IMG/VR virus record: IMGVR_UViG_3300040758_000047
Coordinates: 1 to 64,000 of that record
DNA from: a virus
Length of the DNA stretch: 64,000 nucleotides
Reading direction: 5' to 3' (one strand)
The notes beneath the pieces are model-generated. The model was not told the DNA's origin, did not search any database, and saw nothing but the letters and a program-made list of their open reading frames with translations. Positions 1-10,058 of the stretch are shown here, piece by piece. Made by a program: the position numbers and the translations under genes. Positions within the stretch are counted from its first letter, which is position 1. Each line of letters begins with the position of its first letter.

Positions 1-49
1 TCGTAAGCAACCGCGCGGCTGAAGCCGGCGGCTTTGTAACTAAGCCATG

Positions 50-1135
50 CTAAACAGCAGCACAACTCGCTACGTTCGGCCCGCTTACAGTGGCCCTGCC
101 AGCTATTACCCTGGCAGCGTTGGTATCCGCGTGCGCCGCGAAACCGCATGTAGCGCAACGGAATGTCGATTGGTTGGGGCGGTTGCCCTTGTCGGTGTGC
201 CCGCAAAGGGAACACTCCCGGCTGCTGTTCCTGGGATTCACGGCGACCAGGCAAACACCCGCCCGTTTCGCCTTGTACTCCAGGAACGCCCGCAACTGAG
301 CGAAGGCCCAACTGTGCAGAACTCCCCGTTGCCGCCGTGTAGCCCTTATCCGTTCGCGTATCCCCGTCAATTCCTCGACGGCGATCCCGCGCCCGGTGCG
401 TTCTGCGGCGGCAACGATCTGCTTAGAAATAACATGGTTGACGTGCTTGGCAAAGCGGCGTTCTTTGCCGGACAGTTTCTGCAACCGCCGCTTGGCCGAG
501 CGGGTCCGCCTGGCTTGCAGTTTGGCGCGAAGCCTGCGCTGGCGGTGCCGAACCGATTTGATCTCGCTCCCGCTGTACAGGTTGCCATCCGAATCGGCGG
601 CGATCTGCGCTACCCCGAGATCGACACCCAAGAAACCATCGGGCTGCGCCATCTTCGGATTCGGAGCCGAGCAGTTTGCCAAGACGTACCACTTGCCGCG
701 GACGTGGGCCAAATCGGTCTCGCCTTTACGATTTGCCAGCATGGTCCGTTGATGCTCGCCGCAGACGAAAGGGATTTTCAAGCGGCCATCGAGAGACCAT
801 ATCGAGATAGTAGAGGCCTCCAGGTCGTAGGACAGGATGCGCTGGTCGTAAGCCGCCGAACCCATGGCGCGAAACGTGCGCTTCGCCTTGCGGTCCAACT
901 TGTAGGCGTCGGCTACTTTGGAAATACAGCGAACCGCCGCTTGTGCGGAGACACCGAAGAGATTCCGGGCCTCCCGATAGCAGAGTCGGTGAAGGTCGAA
1001 CTGCCGGAACGTCTTCGATTCCCACGCCACACCGCTTATGTAGTTGCAGGCGGCATTGCAGGCGGCCAACGTGCGGCTCAGCACCGCGCCCTGCTCGGCA
1101 GTAGGTTCGAGTTTGAGTTGGGCCGTCAGGTTCAC
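50..1135 (-). CDS. tnpB: RNA-guided endonuclease TnpB
   Basis: RuvC motifs GVDLG, IAVEEL and ADTNAA; CxxC..CxxC zinc ribbon; N-terminal HTH. Confidence 0.95.
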   Translation of the reverse strand: MNLTAQLKLEPTAEQGAVLSRTLAACNAACNYISGVAWESKTFRQFDLHRLCYREARNLFGVSAQAAVRCISKVADAYKLDRKAKRTFRAMGSAAYDQRILSYDLEASTISIWSLDGRLKIPFVCGEHQRTMLANRKGETDLAHVRGKWYVLANCSAPNPKMAQPDGFLGVDLGVAQIAADSDGNLYSGSEIKSVRHRQRRLRAKLQARRTRSAKRRLQKLSGKERRFAKHVNHVISKQIVAAAERTGRGIAVEELTGIRERIRATRRQRGVLHSWAFAQLRAFLEYKAKRAGVCLVAVNPRNSSRECSLCGHTDKGNRPNQSTFRCATCGFAAHADTNAARVIAGRATVSGPNVASCAAV

Positions 1136-1537
1136 TCAGGATTCCTTCTGCCGCTCGATGTATTTCTGAATGGTCGCGGTGGACACAGCGCCCGCGCTGC
1201 CTACGTAATAGCTCCTGCTCCACATCGAAGGCAGCCGCGACTTCAGGGCCGGGAACTTCTCCCGCAATTCGTGCGACGTGTAGCCCTTGATCTGGTTGGC
1301 GATGTGCTGAGGTGCGTGCGTCGGGGGAGCCTTCAGGAACAGGTGAACATGGTCAGGCCTCACCTCAAGAGCGACGATCTCACAGTAGAGTTCCGCCGCC
1401 TTTGCCACAATCAGCGACCGGAGGGCGACTTCAACCTCGCCCACGAGAACTTTACGCCGATATTTTGGGCACCAAACGAAGTGATACGTCAGCGTCGAAA
1501 CACTGCCCCGAAGATGCCGGTAACGTTCAACGCTCAC
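1136..1537 (-). CDS. tnpA: IS200-type Y1 (HUH) transposase TnpA
   Basis: YHFVWCPKYRR, DHVHLF (HUH) and WSRSYY..IQKYIERQ; GTG start at 1537, 7 nt after TATAAT. Confidence 0.95.
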   Translation of the reverse strand: MSVERYRHLRGSVSTLTYHFVWCPKYRRKVLVGEVEVALRSLIVAKAAELYCEIVALEVRPDHVHLFLKAPPTHAPQHIANQIKGYTSHELREKFPALKSRLPSMWSRSYYVGSAGAVSTATIQKYIERQKES

Positions 1538-1544
1538 AGTTCCT

Positions 1545-1573
1545 ATTATACTCTGCCATTCGATAGCTGTCAA
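1545..1573 (-). promoter_or_regulatory. sigma70-type promoter of tnpA (leaderless)
   Basis: TTGACA-17 nt-TATAAT on the minus strand. Confidence 0.75.
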
Positions 1574-1665
1574 CCAAAACAAAGCGAGAAGCAGGCGACC
1601 AATGCGGTCGCCGCGCTATCCCTCCGCATGGCTGAAGCCAGCGGTTTCTCGCGCAAAGGAGTTTC

Positions 1666-2019
1666 ATGAAAACCCAGCGTAGGCTGAAGCCACGGCGCGG
1701 GCCTCCAGGGATACCAGAGCAGGAGTGGAGGAACCCAGCGTACTTGGCGTTTCTTCGTCGTGAAGGACTTTGCATAGCGTGTCTTAAGACCGGGAAAAGA
1801 CGTGCGGGACTGGGTTCCTGCGACCCTGCTCACGGTTCCGTAAACGGCATGGGGTCAAAAGGGCCCGACAAAGAGGCCGTCCCTCTGTGTCGCATCCACC
1901 ACGACGAAATGCACCGTATCAATTGGCCCCTGTTCCAGAATTTCTACGAGTTCAACCGTTACGATGTTGCGGCATACTGGTGGGAGAGGTTTAAGTCATG
2001 GCAGGAGACTTCGACGTAA
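1666..2019 (+). CDS. DUF968/HNHc-like putative nuclease
   Basis: YLAFLR..CIAC..DPAH..GMGSK..VPLCRIHH; AAGGAG RBS. Confidence 0.7.
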   Translation: MKTQRRLKPRRGPPGIPEQEWRNPAYLAFLRREGLCIACLKTGKRRAGLGSCDPAHGSVNGMGSKGPDKEAVPLCRIHHDEMHRINWPLFQNFYEFNRYDVAAYWWERFKSWQETST

Positions 2020-2219
2020 GCCGGGATGAGGAAAGGTTGCGTTTTGACCTGAACGCCTATGTTATCGGGAAAGAGGTCATCGGCCTTGCCGCTCGCCATG
2101 ACCGGGTAGAGCTTTACCTGAGCGACAACCGGATGGTTGCGTTTGAGGTTTGCGGACCTGATATTGTGATTGCAATCGCGGTCCCTAGACCGTTGATTGA
2201 GACAGGGAGGGTGCAGTGA
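1998..2219 (+). CDS. hypothetical protein
   Basis: ORF overlapping both neighbours in a plus-strand run. Confidence 0.45.
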   Translation: MAGDFDVSRDEERLRFDLNAYVIGKEVIGLAARHDRVELYLSDNRMVAFEVCGPDIVIAIAVPRPLIETGRVQ

Positions 2220-2599
2220 GCGACGAGTCCCACGTTGTACCGATTAACCTAGCGTCCAAATCAGCCCACAATAAAGAAACCCGGCCTCTGTATAACGAAG
2301 AAGGTGAGCAGATTGGGATGGCCACCTTGGAATGCGAGATAACCTACTCGCGGGTCATCCAAGCGGGGGAAGACACCTACCTCATGGTGGACGAAAAGAA
2401 CTGGGATGTAGCGCGCGGACGGTTTCCCTGGAAGATGACCGCGCGCACCCTCCCTGTGACGGCTCGCAAGTTAGGAATGGCTATGGTGGCCAAAACGGAT
2501 TACGCTGGCTATGTTCTGATTGAGATCGGCGAGCATATGTTCGTGGTTCCTGAACGGCACACGGAGGCGCTATGCAGGATGTACCCACAGAACCCATAA
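2216..2599 (+). CDS. hypothetical protein
   Basis: GGGAGG RBS; GTGA overlap with the upstream stop. Confidence 0.6.
   Translation: MSDESHVVPINLASKSAHNKETRPLYNEEGEQIGMATLECEITYSRVIQAGEDTYLMVDEKNWDVARGRFPWKMTARTLPVTARKLGMAMVAKTDYAGYVLIEIGEHMFVVPERHTEALCRMYPQNP
2227..2240. promoter_or_regulatory. parS-like palindromic site
   Basis: GTCCCACGTTGTAC. Confidence 0.7.
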
Positions 2600-2967
2600 C
2601 AATTAGATTCTTGGGGTTCGCATCGAAAAAGAACTTCTGGCGTCCCGGCAAAAACGGTAGAGGAATCTACCTCGACAAGAAGACTCGCGCCTTAGTCGAG
2701 CGTATGGAGCTTCAGGTGCCCGCTGAAGTTAGAGACTTGCGATTGGAAAGCCCTGACATGATCTGGACCTTCCGGTATACCAACGGTCACGCTGACCGCG
2801 ATGGGATCATGGTCACAGTACTCGATATCCTACAGAAATATGGTGTGCTGGTCAACGATTCGATCACAAGGTGTAATGGTCTGTGGACGGTTCACCCGGC
2901 TGAACGTGGGGAGTACGATGAAGTTGAGGTGACACTGATACCGAGAGAGCCCCGTGTCCCACATTGA
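2572..2967 (+). CDS. RusA-like Holliday junction resolvase
   Basis: SKKN motif and DRDG..VLDILQKYGVLVNDS acidic motifs typical of the RusA family. Confidence 0.65.
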   Translation: MQDVPTEPITIRFLGFASKKNFWRPGKNGRGIYLDKKTRALVERMELQVPAEVRDLRLESPDMIWTFRYTNGHADRDGIMVTVLDILQKYGVLVNDSITRCNGLWTVHPAERGEYDEVEVTLIPREPRVPH

Positions 2968-3253
2968 GCACATCCGAGACAAGTTAGCTAATCTGGAGGT
3001 CCGCCAACTACTGCGGGACGCCTCACGCCGACAGGCTAGCATCTTAAGGAAAGCCTACCGTTTCCGCAAGCTGGGAAGATTCGACCACCTCTTACATTTA
3101 CAATGTGGGATGACCTTGTGCTACGACAGGGCAGGAAAGTTGTGTTGGGCAAGCGCACCCAGAATCACTCAGGATAACAATCAGCAGTGCGAGATGGAGT
3201 TCATCTCCGACTCCGACCCCGCTTTGCCTTCCGTTTCTTCACCACAGAGTTAG
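2954..3253 (+). CDS. hypothetical protein
   Basis: ORF overlapping the upstream gene. Confidence 0.45.
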   Translation: MSHIEHIRDKLANLEVRQLLRDASRRQASILRKAYRFRKLGRFDHLLHLQCGMTLCYDRAGKLCWASAPRITQDNNQQCEMEFISDSDPALPSVSSPQS

Positions 3254-3386
3254 CCGCTCTTATGGCGGCACCCTCTGAGTACCCGCGTTCCAACATGCTG
3301 TTCGAAACGTGGCTCCATTGTCTCTGGGCCTTTCGGCTTTTCGCTTTTTTCGTGTGGCGCTTGGCATCACTTGGTTTCCAGGGCAT
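3201..3386 (-). CDS. small basic phage protein
   Basis: AGGAGG RBS; K/R-rich 61 aa; last gene of the late operon. Confidence 0.75.
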   Translation of the reverse strand: MPWKPSDAKRHTKKAKSRKAQRQWSHVSNSMLERGYSEGAAIRAANSVVKKRKAKRGRSRR

Positions 3387-3395
3387 AATATCCTC

Positions 3396-5321
3396 CTAAT
3401 TGTGACCTGTTAGGGGCGGATTTTGGATTACGGTGCCGTTCAAAAACTTGGTCCACTTCCGAATTCCGGCCTTATTGCGCCCGAGTGGTTCTACTTCAAT
3501 GCTCTTGATCTTGCCGCCGTATCGAGAAAGCATTTTAGAGACATTCGCTGGGGCTTGGTCTGAATCGTATTCGAGGGCACTGATCGTTTTCCCGCTGGCG
3601 TCTTTGGCTGTCAGTCGTATGCCCTCAAGGTTTACTTCGGTGGCCTTCTCGAATATAGATCGCACGGCTTGATGTAGTTCCTGTTGTTCTGACGTCTCGG
3701 GAGCGCTGGAGCCCTTCTGCGCCCCCTCAGTTTTCGGAGGGGCGGTCGCCGATTCGGGCGGAAGATTGGCTAGCGCTCCCGAATCCTTTTCACGTCCTTT
3801 TGGAGTCCCACGTTGTACTTCAGGTGGTGGGGAAGGCTTTTCTCCTGCCTTTAATTTCGCTTCCAGTTCCGCGATCCGCTTATTGTTAGCCGCAATCTTG
3901 TCCTCGGGGGATTCCTTTGCGACAACGGGTTCAGGAGGAAGGGAGGGCTTCCCTGCGGGTTCCCCCGTTTTTGGCATTTCCACCACATTCTGCTTGTGTG
4001 GAGGATTTTCCAGCACACCCATTTTCTCGGGACTCGGGACTGGCAAGACAGGCTCTTTCCCTTGGCTTGCCATGGCCTCCCTACGCACTCCAGAAACCTG
4101 AGAACGGCCTATGGATTCCGGGGTGGGCTCAGGTGGCGGGGCCGCAGTCGAAGCAGTGGCGGGCTTCTGTGGGCCAGCAGCGGGGGTTTCCTGGGAAACC
4201 GGGGTAGGAATAGACTTCGGGGATGGCTTGGCGGGTGGTTTGGTCTCCTGTACTCGCTCAGGTGGCTTCGCTAAAGGCTTTCCCGCTGCTGGGGTCTTGG
4301 CTTGTCGAGCTTCAAACTTCTTCAGGGCGTCATCAAGAAGTCGTTGCTTTTCCGCTTCGGTGGCGTTGGCGACTTTGTCCCAGGCGGTTTGGGCGGGTGA
4401 CAGCTTGGGAGATTCAGTCTTGGCCTCTGGAGGGGGTGGGGCGGGCGGACCAACAGGACCTTCTGGCCCCTTCGGAGTTTCCACGGTGGGCTTCGCTTCG
4501 ACTGGAGGCTTACCGGCCTTACCGCCTTTGGTCGCTGCTGCAATTAGGGCTATGTCACCTAAAGCGCGAGCGGCCTGCTTTCCGACTTCACGGTAATTAC
4601 CAGATTGGAGCGCATCTGCCGCCTCTGGAAAAGACTGAATAAAGTCATAACTCTGTGCGCCGATAAAGCCAGTTTTTATCATTTTACCTAGAACGTTTAT
4701 GGCTTTGGCCGCTCGCGGAAAATTGGCGAGTTTGGATTCCGGTAGCAGTATCGACCCAATAAGAAAGGCTGCGTTGAGCGGAGATGTCATACTGAGTCCG
4801 GTGTCGGCCAGTCCTTCACCTAACCCCGCCGAGAACTCCTGAACATTCTTAGGCGCTCCAGCTACTTTAGGGATTTCCTGGGCAGCCCAAGCGGCACCTT
4901 TCTCAACAGCAGGCTTGACGACTCCCTGTACTACCTCAGACGGCAGAAACGCCAGCCCTGGGAGTACGGAACCGCCGGTCAACTGGTTCTTGATTGCCGT
5001 GCCTACCTCGGACAAGGAGGGAAAATGTGCTTTGCCGGATGGTTCAGGCGGACTCTCAGGCTTACCGTTGGCGGATTTCGGGGCACCGTCTGACGGCTCA
5101 AGGCCCTTGATACTGTACAGGTTGTTAAACCCAGGAACGTGCCCTTGCATGTACTGGGCCCATTGTTGTGGGGTTATTTTACCCGGAGTCTCCTTAAGCA
5201 TCTGCTTGGTGGCCTGCCGGTAGACGTCGTACTTCGGGTCACCCGATGTCACAGCCTGTTTCATCTTAGTCGCGAACTCTTCTGCGGTGACTTCGCGAGG
5301 TTTCTGGGGCTGAGGGGTCAT
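3396..5321 (-). CDS. putative internal virion/ejection protein, Pro/Glu/Lys-rich
   Basis: 641 aa; position after nozzle and GNAT genes; low-complexity C-terminal half. Confidence 0.55.
   Translation of the reverse strand: MTPQPQKPREVTAEEFATKMKQAVTSGDPKYDVYRQATKQMLKETPGKITPQQWAQYMQGHVPGFNNLYSIKGLEPSDGAPKSANGKPESPPEPSGKAHFPSLSEVGTAIKNQLTGGSVLPGLAFLPSEVVQGVVKPAVEKGAAWAAQEIPKVAGAPKNVQEFSAGLGEGLADTGLSMTSPLNAAFLIGSILLPESKLANFPRAAKAINVLGKMIKTGFIGAQSYDFIQSFPEAADALQSGNYREVGKQAARALGDIALIAAATKGGKAGKPPVEAKPTVETPKGPEGPVGPPAPPPPEAKTESPKLSPAQTAWDKVANATEAEKQRLLDDALKKFEARQAKTPAAGKPLAKPPERVQETKPPAKPSPKSIPTPVSQETPAAGPQKPATASTAAPPPEPTPESIGRSQVSGVRREAMASQGKEPVLPVPSPEKMGVLENPPHKQNVVEMPKTGEPAGKPSLPPEPVVAKESPEDKIAANNKRIAELEAKLKAGEKPSPPPEVQRGTPKGREKDSGALANLPPESATAPPKTEGAQKGSSAPETSEQQELHQAVRSIFEKATEVNLEGIRLTAKDASGKTISALEYDSDQAPANVSKMLSRYGGKIKSIEVEPLGRNKAGIRKWTKFLNGTVIQNPPLTGHN
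3805..3818. promoter_or_regulatory. parS-like palindromic site
   Basis: GTCCCACGTTGTAC. Confidence 0.7.
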
Positions 5322-8300
5322 TTCTTCACCACATTCCCAAAGGCATCGTATTCAACTTGAGAGCCAGCAACTTGCCTCTGCTTTTTTCGTTTATCCGAAC
5401 GGTATCCCCGAATCACCGAGCGCGGATCAACCTTATTTATCGCAGCCGCTGCCAACACTTCCGAGGCCATATCCCAGTTATTTAGGTCGGCAGCGTTGCC
5501 GTATTCCTTAATGGCGGTAGTCAGACTCATCCCCCTACGTGTCGGGAAGCCGAATAACTGGGAACTGGCCGTGGGGGCCGCAATGGTTTCAGGGAACAAC
5601 TTGTGGGCTCCCTTCTGGATTACTCCACGAGCAACCAAAGGGATTCCCAATGCCTCCGCGCTCGCATAGAGACGCTGTGTGGCCTGTTCTCCGCCGCTTG
5701 CTCGTGGGTTGATTTCTTCGAAACCGCTGCCCGGTTCGTGATAACCAAGTTGTACGATACTCCAGCGAAGCGGCAGGGATAACTTGTTACCCAGTGTCTC
5801 AATTGGCGACATCAGCCAACCCATTGGCTCACGAAACCCCTTGCCTAATTCGAGATAACGCTGCGAGCCATCTGGATTATAACCGACAGATACATTAAAG
5901 GCATTTGTGGTGAGACTGTCGAGGTATTGATCTCCTACACGAGCGGGGGGGCCTGGGTTGTCCCAAGAAAAATGTGCTCCTTTTTTACCGCTGCGATCTT
6001 CCGTTTTAAAATATCCACTTAAGGCGTAGTTGAGTGCTTGCGTCGTCAGAAACCAGGATAATGCCGCTCCCGTCACGTATTTGCTTGTAATTCGAGAAGC
6101 CGCTTCGTTCTCGAACCCACTGGTTAGCACGCGAAGCCTCGATACTGACCAGCCAGGAGCAAGCATAAGGAAGTTCAACGCCTGTCTCGCCCGTGGACTA
6201 ATGAGCATTTTCTCCCAACTGACGGCCCCGTAGGCGTTATTTACATGATTGGCAACGGTGCGCCCCAGGTCGTCGATTCGTTCTGGTGTTGCATCCTTGC
6301 CTAACTTTGGGAGTTCATCGGCCATGATGGTTTCATAAGCATCCAGCATCGTTCCTTGGTGATAGTAGTCCCAAAGAGCGCTATCCCATGAGGACATCAA
6401 CGATGCCATCGTTCTGACAGGACCACCGGAGACCTTGGCAAAAATGTTATTACTGGCCGTCATGTCTCTCAGCCGGTCAATCAGCCATCCCTCACGTTCT
6501 TCGCTGTTCAGGTTAAGGCCACGCCCTAATGCCTCGCGCACAATTGAAGGGTCCATGCGCATCACTGGGGGGCGATCACCTGATCGACCAATGGCTTCGT
6601 AGACGCCAGACTTCACCCCACTAAAGAAGTGCGGATTAAATAAAAAGGTTTGCCGCAAGGCATCTCCAGCACGAACTCCTTTTGGCGTCTTGCCGATCCC
6701 CGGCAGCGGCTTACGGAGAGCGTAGATCGCCCGACCCTGTTCACTCAGCGTGTTGTAGTGGAACATCGAGAAAGTGAATATCGCTCGCTTTCCGAGGGCT
6801 CGCATCGTGTCCAGGGCTCCGAACAGGGTCGTCTTACCGGATTCTCCTATTGTCGGTAGGCCGTGACCGAATACAGAGTTTACTGCCATGTCGAAGTCTG
6901 GGTGGACATAAACGGGACGGCGCTCAAAGTACGGCATGTGTTCTTTGGTGGTAGTGCCAGCGTAAGTCACGCGGTAAAGAGCCTCGGCATCCGTTGCCCG
7001 CTTCCATCCATTTAGGCCAAGGTCCTTTGCTTCCGTTTCAGTGACAATTGTTCCCATGCTACGGAGCCAATTCGCCATCCTAACGTTCGCAATCACCTGA
7101 GTTGCGGTATCCGCACGAAGTTTTAAGACATCTGCGACGTCGGTATATTTAGGTTTTAACCCGTACTCCTCGATTCCTGTTTTGTACCCTGGAATCTTAC
7201 GCTCCTTAAGATAGGGGTCGTGCATCAGCGTGCGAGACACCCCGGCGCGAAATGCGGGGTCGCGTCCCTTAAAGTCCCACATCTGGGTCAGATACGCCTC
7301 GGATTCCTGGAGAGACACTGAGTCTCCCCACGCGGCGCGCAGTAAATCGTCCTGCTCTTTAGTCCACTTACGAAGTTCTGGCAACCATTGCCGCGCTTCC
7401 TTTGAAAGGCCGACTTCATCTGCTGTTGCATCGCCCTGTATGACGTATCCTAACTTTCGAATATCCCTATCGGCAACTGGAACCTCTGCTTTAAAATCGT
7501 AGAGGAAGCTGTTGATGTCAAAGTTTCTTATGGCTTTAAAGGCTGCTCTGTCAGCGACAATGTCAGCCGATATTTGCAAAAGCTTAGGTTTCGGCACGTC
7601 GAATACATCCGCTATGTCCCTGGCACCTTGGTGTTCGTAAAGTTTTTGGAGTCCCTTTGACGGCGCTTCAGCTTTGGCTTTTTCGAGCATCGGAATCTTA
7701 GCTTCGTCGGGAGCCTGAGCGATCTGCTTCCGCAGGGCCGATCTTTCCTCTAAGGGAACGAGGCGATACCCAGCGGTCCTAGCGACTAGGGTTTTAGCCC
7801 CCGCCTTAGCCGCTCCTAGCGACGTGACAATATCAGCAATCGCATCGGCCCAATCCTCAGGCGAGCCACTCTTGAAAGCCTTGGTTGATTTAGGGGCGGC
7901 CTGCATCAACCCCCCGAAACCAATTCCGAGGTCTACAATACCAGCTACCGGCGCAGTAGCAGGGAATAAATGCGCTGCCGTCAGGGCCAAGCCCACCGGA
8001 GAGGTGACGAAATCCACAACCTCAGGAGGGGCCTTGCCGAGTTCGACAGCAAAGCGAGACATCCAGTCAGCACCCTTGGATCTCTGGATGGAACGAGGGA
8101 GTATGGTTTTTGCCAGCTTGTCGTAGGCTTCTGTGACCGTTGTTCCTTTCCCAAAGTACTTTAATAGAGATGTCGTCGCTATGTTCCCCTTTGGGGCGTT
8201 GGGTTGCGGTGCGGCTTCTTGTTTGGGTGCCGATTCGAAGATATCCGGCAACGATGGAGTAACTGTCTTGTTTTCGGCAGACGAACGAGGAGGAGGGCTC

Positions 8301-8353
8301 GGCGGAAGGCTCGGTGGTTTCTGCTCGAAAATGTCAGGGAGTTGGTCTGCCAC
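5318..8353 (-). CDS. large internal virion/ejection protein
   Basis: 1011 aa, helical-looking, hydrophobic Gly/Ala segments; podovirus ejection-gene position. Confidence 0.6.
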   Translation of the reverse strand: MADQLPDIFEQKPPSLPPSPPPRSSAENKTVTPSLPDIFESAPKQEAAPQPNAPKGNIATTSLLKYFGKGTTVTEAYDKLAKTILPRSIQRSKGADWMSRFAVELGKAPPEVVDFVTSPVGLALTAAHLFPATAPVAGIVDLGIGFGGLMQAAPKSTKAFKSGSPEDWADAIADIVTSLGAAKAGAKTLVARTAGYRLVPLEERSALRKQIAQAPDEAKIPMLEKAKAEAPSKGLQKLYEHQGARDIADVFDVPKPKLLQISADIVADRAAFKAIRNFDINSFLYDFKAEVPVADRDIRKLGYVIQGDATADEVGLSKEARQWLPELRKWTKEQDDLLRAAWGDSVSLQESEAYLTQMWDFKGRDPAFRAGVSRTLMHDPYLKERKIPGYKTGIEEYGLKPKYTDVADVLKLRADTATQVIANVRMANWLRSMGTIVTETEAKDLGLNGWKRATDAEALYRVTYAGTTTKEHMPYFERRPVYVHPDFDMAVNSVFGHGLPTIGESGKTTLFGALDTMRALGKRAIFTFSMFHYNTLSEQGRAIYALRKPLPGIGKTPKGVRAGDALRQTFLFNPHFFSGVKSGVYEAIGRSGDRPPVMRMDPSIVREALGRGLNLNSEEREGWLIDRLRDMTASNNIFAKVSGGPVRTMASLMSSWDSALWDYYHQGTMLDAYETIMADELPKLGKDATPERIDDLGRTVANHVNNAYGAVSWEKMLISPRARQALNFLMLAPGWSVSRLRVLTSGFENEAASRITSKYVTGAALSWFLTTQALNYALSGYFKTEDRSGKKGAHFSWDNPGPPARVGDQYLDSLTTNAFNVSVGYNPDGSQRYLELGKGFREPMGWLMSPIETLGNKLSLPLRWSIVQLGYHEPGSGFEEINPRASGGEQATQRLYASAEALGIPLVARGVIQKGAHKLFPETIAAPTASSQLFGFPTRRGMSLTTAIKEYGNAADLNNWDMASEVLAAAAINKVDPRSVIRGYRSDKRKKQRQVAGSQVEYDAFGNVVKK

Positions 8354-8356
8354 CTT

Positions 8357-9964
8357 TTATCCCCCAGGCAGACGATCTACGTCTTCGCTAGTGAACCCGC
8401 TTGACGAATCCCCCTTGGCCCGTTGTTTCTTGTGCTGGTTGTAGAGGACGTCAAGCATATGATCGCGATCTGTTTCAGCTTGTTTCAGTTGCTTTTGCTC
8501 GGCTTCGTTATTGAGTTTGTCAGCCGCCGCCCGATCACTTGGGGGAGCCATGGAAAGGGAAATCCTGGTAGCTTCGCTGTCGTGTCGAGAGTTGATTCTT
8601 TCTACCTCGTTCGCATATCGCCCGTAAATCGACTGCTCACGGTTAAAAAAATTCTCGTCCTGGCGTAAGTCGGCAATCTCTGACGATGCGCTTCGTTCAT
8701 ACGCCTCTCCAGGAGTCAAGATGTATTGTTTAGTATTCGGGTCGTACATCTGATATTTATTTTCACCCTTTGCGCCCTTAACGACTCCGATCTTTTCTAG
8801 TGGATTACGAGGTGGATGATACACCCCGGTTTCCTTGAGCCAACCTTGCATGTCAGCAGGAAGCGGCAGTTTGGTCATTGGGTCAACCATCGTATCCAGT
8901 CGTGGGTCATATTCCGCTGCCACTTGTTGCGTTGGGTCCTGTGGGTTAGACAGGTTCACACGTTCACGTTTTCCGTACATCTCGTCAATAGCTACGTCCC
9001 GCAGCGACCGTGGGCTCCCTGGTACTTGCCCGGTTGTAACAGGCTCAGGAGGCTGCTGGGGACGGGAGGCTCCGCCCTGATACATCGGGCTGAAATTAGC
9101 GTTGGCGACCGGCTGTCGCCGCGCTACGAGGGACGGGGGGCCTGCGGGATGACTCCCTCTCCGAGCCGCCTCTTGTTCGTCAATAATCTTTTGCTCCAAA
9201 CGCTTCATTGGGTCGGCCGGAAGCGGTGGATACTGCGCCAACTGCCTGGATTCCCATTCGGCAGCTTGTTTTTGATCGCCGCCAAAGATCTGAACGACCT
9301 TATCATGCAATCCCTTAGTAGCCCCATAGGCTTCTTCTAGGTTGGAGACTCCTTTGGTTGCGTCTTGGTACTGCTGCGTAATTGTCGAGAGCGCCTTAGT
9401 CTTCGAGAACTCCGGTTTCACGCTGCCATCGGGATTGTAATAGGTGGCCTGAAGTATGTCTCCTGTTTTTCCAGGATCGGGTCCGCCTTTGGGCATCTTG
9501 CCGCCCGTCAGACCTTCCGCTAAGTCGTGCAAGGCATGAATTACCAGCCCATGCTGGTTCTTCTGCGTGTCATCCTTCCCCTTCCCCGCGCTCTTGTCTT
9601 TCCCTGATCCCTTTGGGAGTACTTCCTTGATGGCGTACCCTTGCTCTTGAAAGAACTGCTGCCGGATCTTATTTTTGGCCTCTTCGCTCAACTCAGGGTC
9701 CTTGAGCATCATATTGACCTGGCTCACGAATCCCTGTTGCCGCTTGAATTTCTCATCTTCTTGTTGGGCGTATTTGGCCTTGCGGCCTTTCGTTACGCCT
9801 TCAAGGAATTTCTCGATTCCGTAAGCGATGCCCGCAGCCTTACCGGGATAGGCTTGTGGTGCCTGAATTGGCTGTTGAGGTTGCGGTTGTAGCCAGTTTG
9901 AGAACGGCCCAGCGTAAAAATTCGGATCAGGAGGAGAGAAAACAGACTGGTTGTTGTCAGCCAT
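8357..9964 (-). CDS. putative ejection protein
   Basis: 535 aa, Q/P-rich with coiled-coil character; synteny. Confidence 0.55.
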   Translation of the reverse strand: MADNNQSVFSPPDPNFYAGPFSNWLQPQPQQPIQAPQAYPGKAAGIAYGIEKFLEGVTKGRKAKYAQQEDEKFKRQQGFVSQVNMMLKDPELSEEAKNKIRQQFFQEQGYAIKEVLPKGSGKDKSAGKGKDDTQKNQHGLVIHALHDLAEGLTGGKMPKGGPDPGKTGDILQATYYNPDGSVKPEFSKTKALSTITQQYQDATKGVSNLEEAYGATKGLHDKVVQIFGGDQKQAAEWESRQLAQYPPLPADPMKRLEQKIIDEQEAARRGSHPAGPPSLVARRQPVANANFSPMYQGGASRPQQPPEPVTTGQVPGSPRSLRDVAIDEMYGKRERVNLSNPQDPTQQVAAEYDPRLDTMVDPMTKLPLPADMQGWLKETGVYHPPRNPLEKIGVVKGAKGENKYQMYDPNTKQYILTPGEAYERSASSEIADLRQDENFFNREQSIYGRYANEVERINSRHDSEATRISLSMAPPSDRAAADKLNNEAEQKQLKQAETDRDHMLDVLYNQHKKQRAKGDSSSGFTSEDVDRLPGG

Positions 9965-10058
9965 AAAGGGCCTCTTCGGTGCTACAATACAAGTTGGGCC
10001 ACGGGAACGCTGTTGACGTTCTCATGGCCCTGAACACCCGATCCACTGGAGGGATCAG

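Larger units (their letters stand above)
3..1655 (-). mobile_element. IS200/IS605-family element (tnpA + tnpB); ends approximate
   Basis: Y1 transposase abutting tnpB; related subterminal hairpins with a GGCTGAAGCC core at about 9-34 and 1624-1644; right end probably ...TTAC at 6-3. Confidence 0.88.

Noticed and set aside
47-1669. 540-aa plus-strand ORF
   Set aside because: Antisense shadow of tnpB and tnpA, which carry clear motifs on the minus strand
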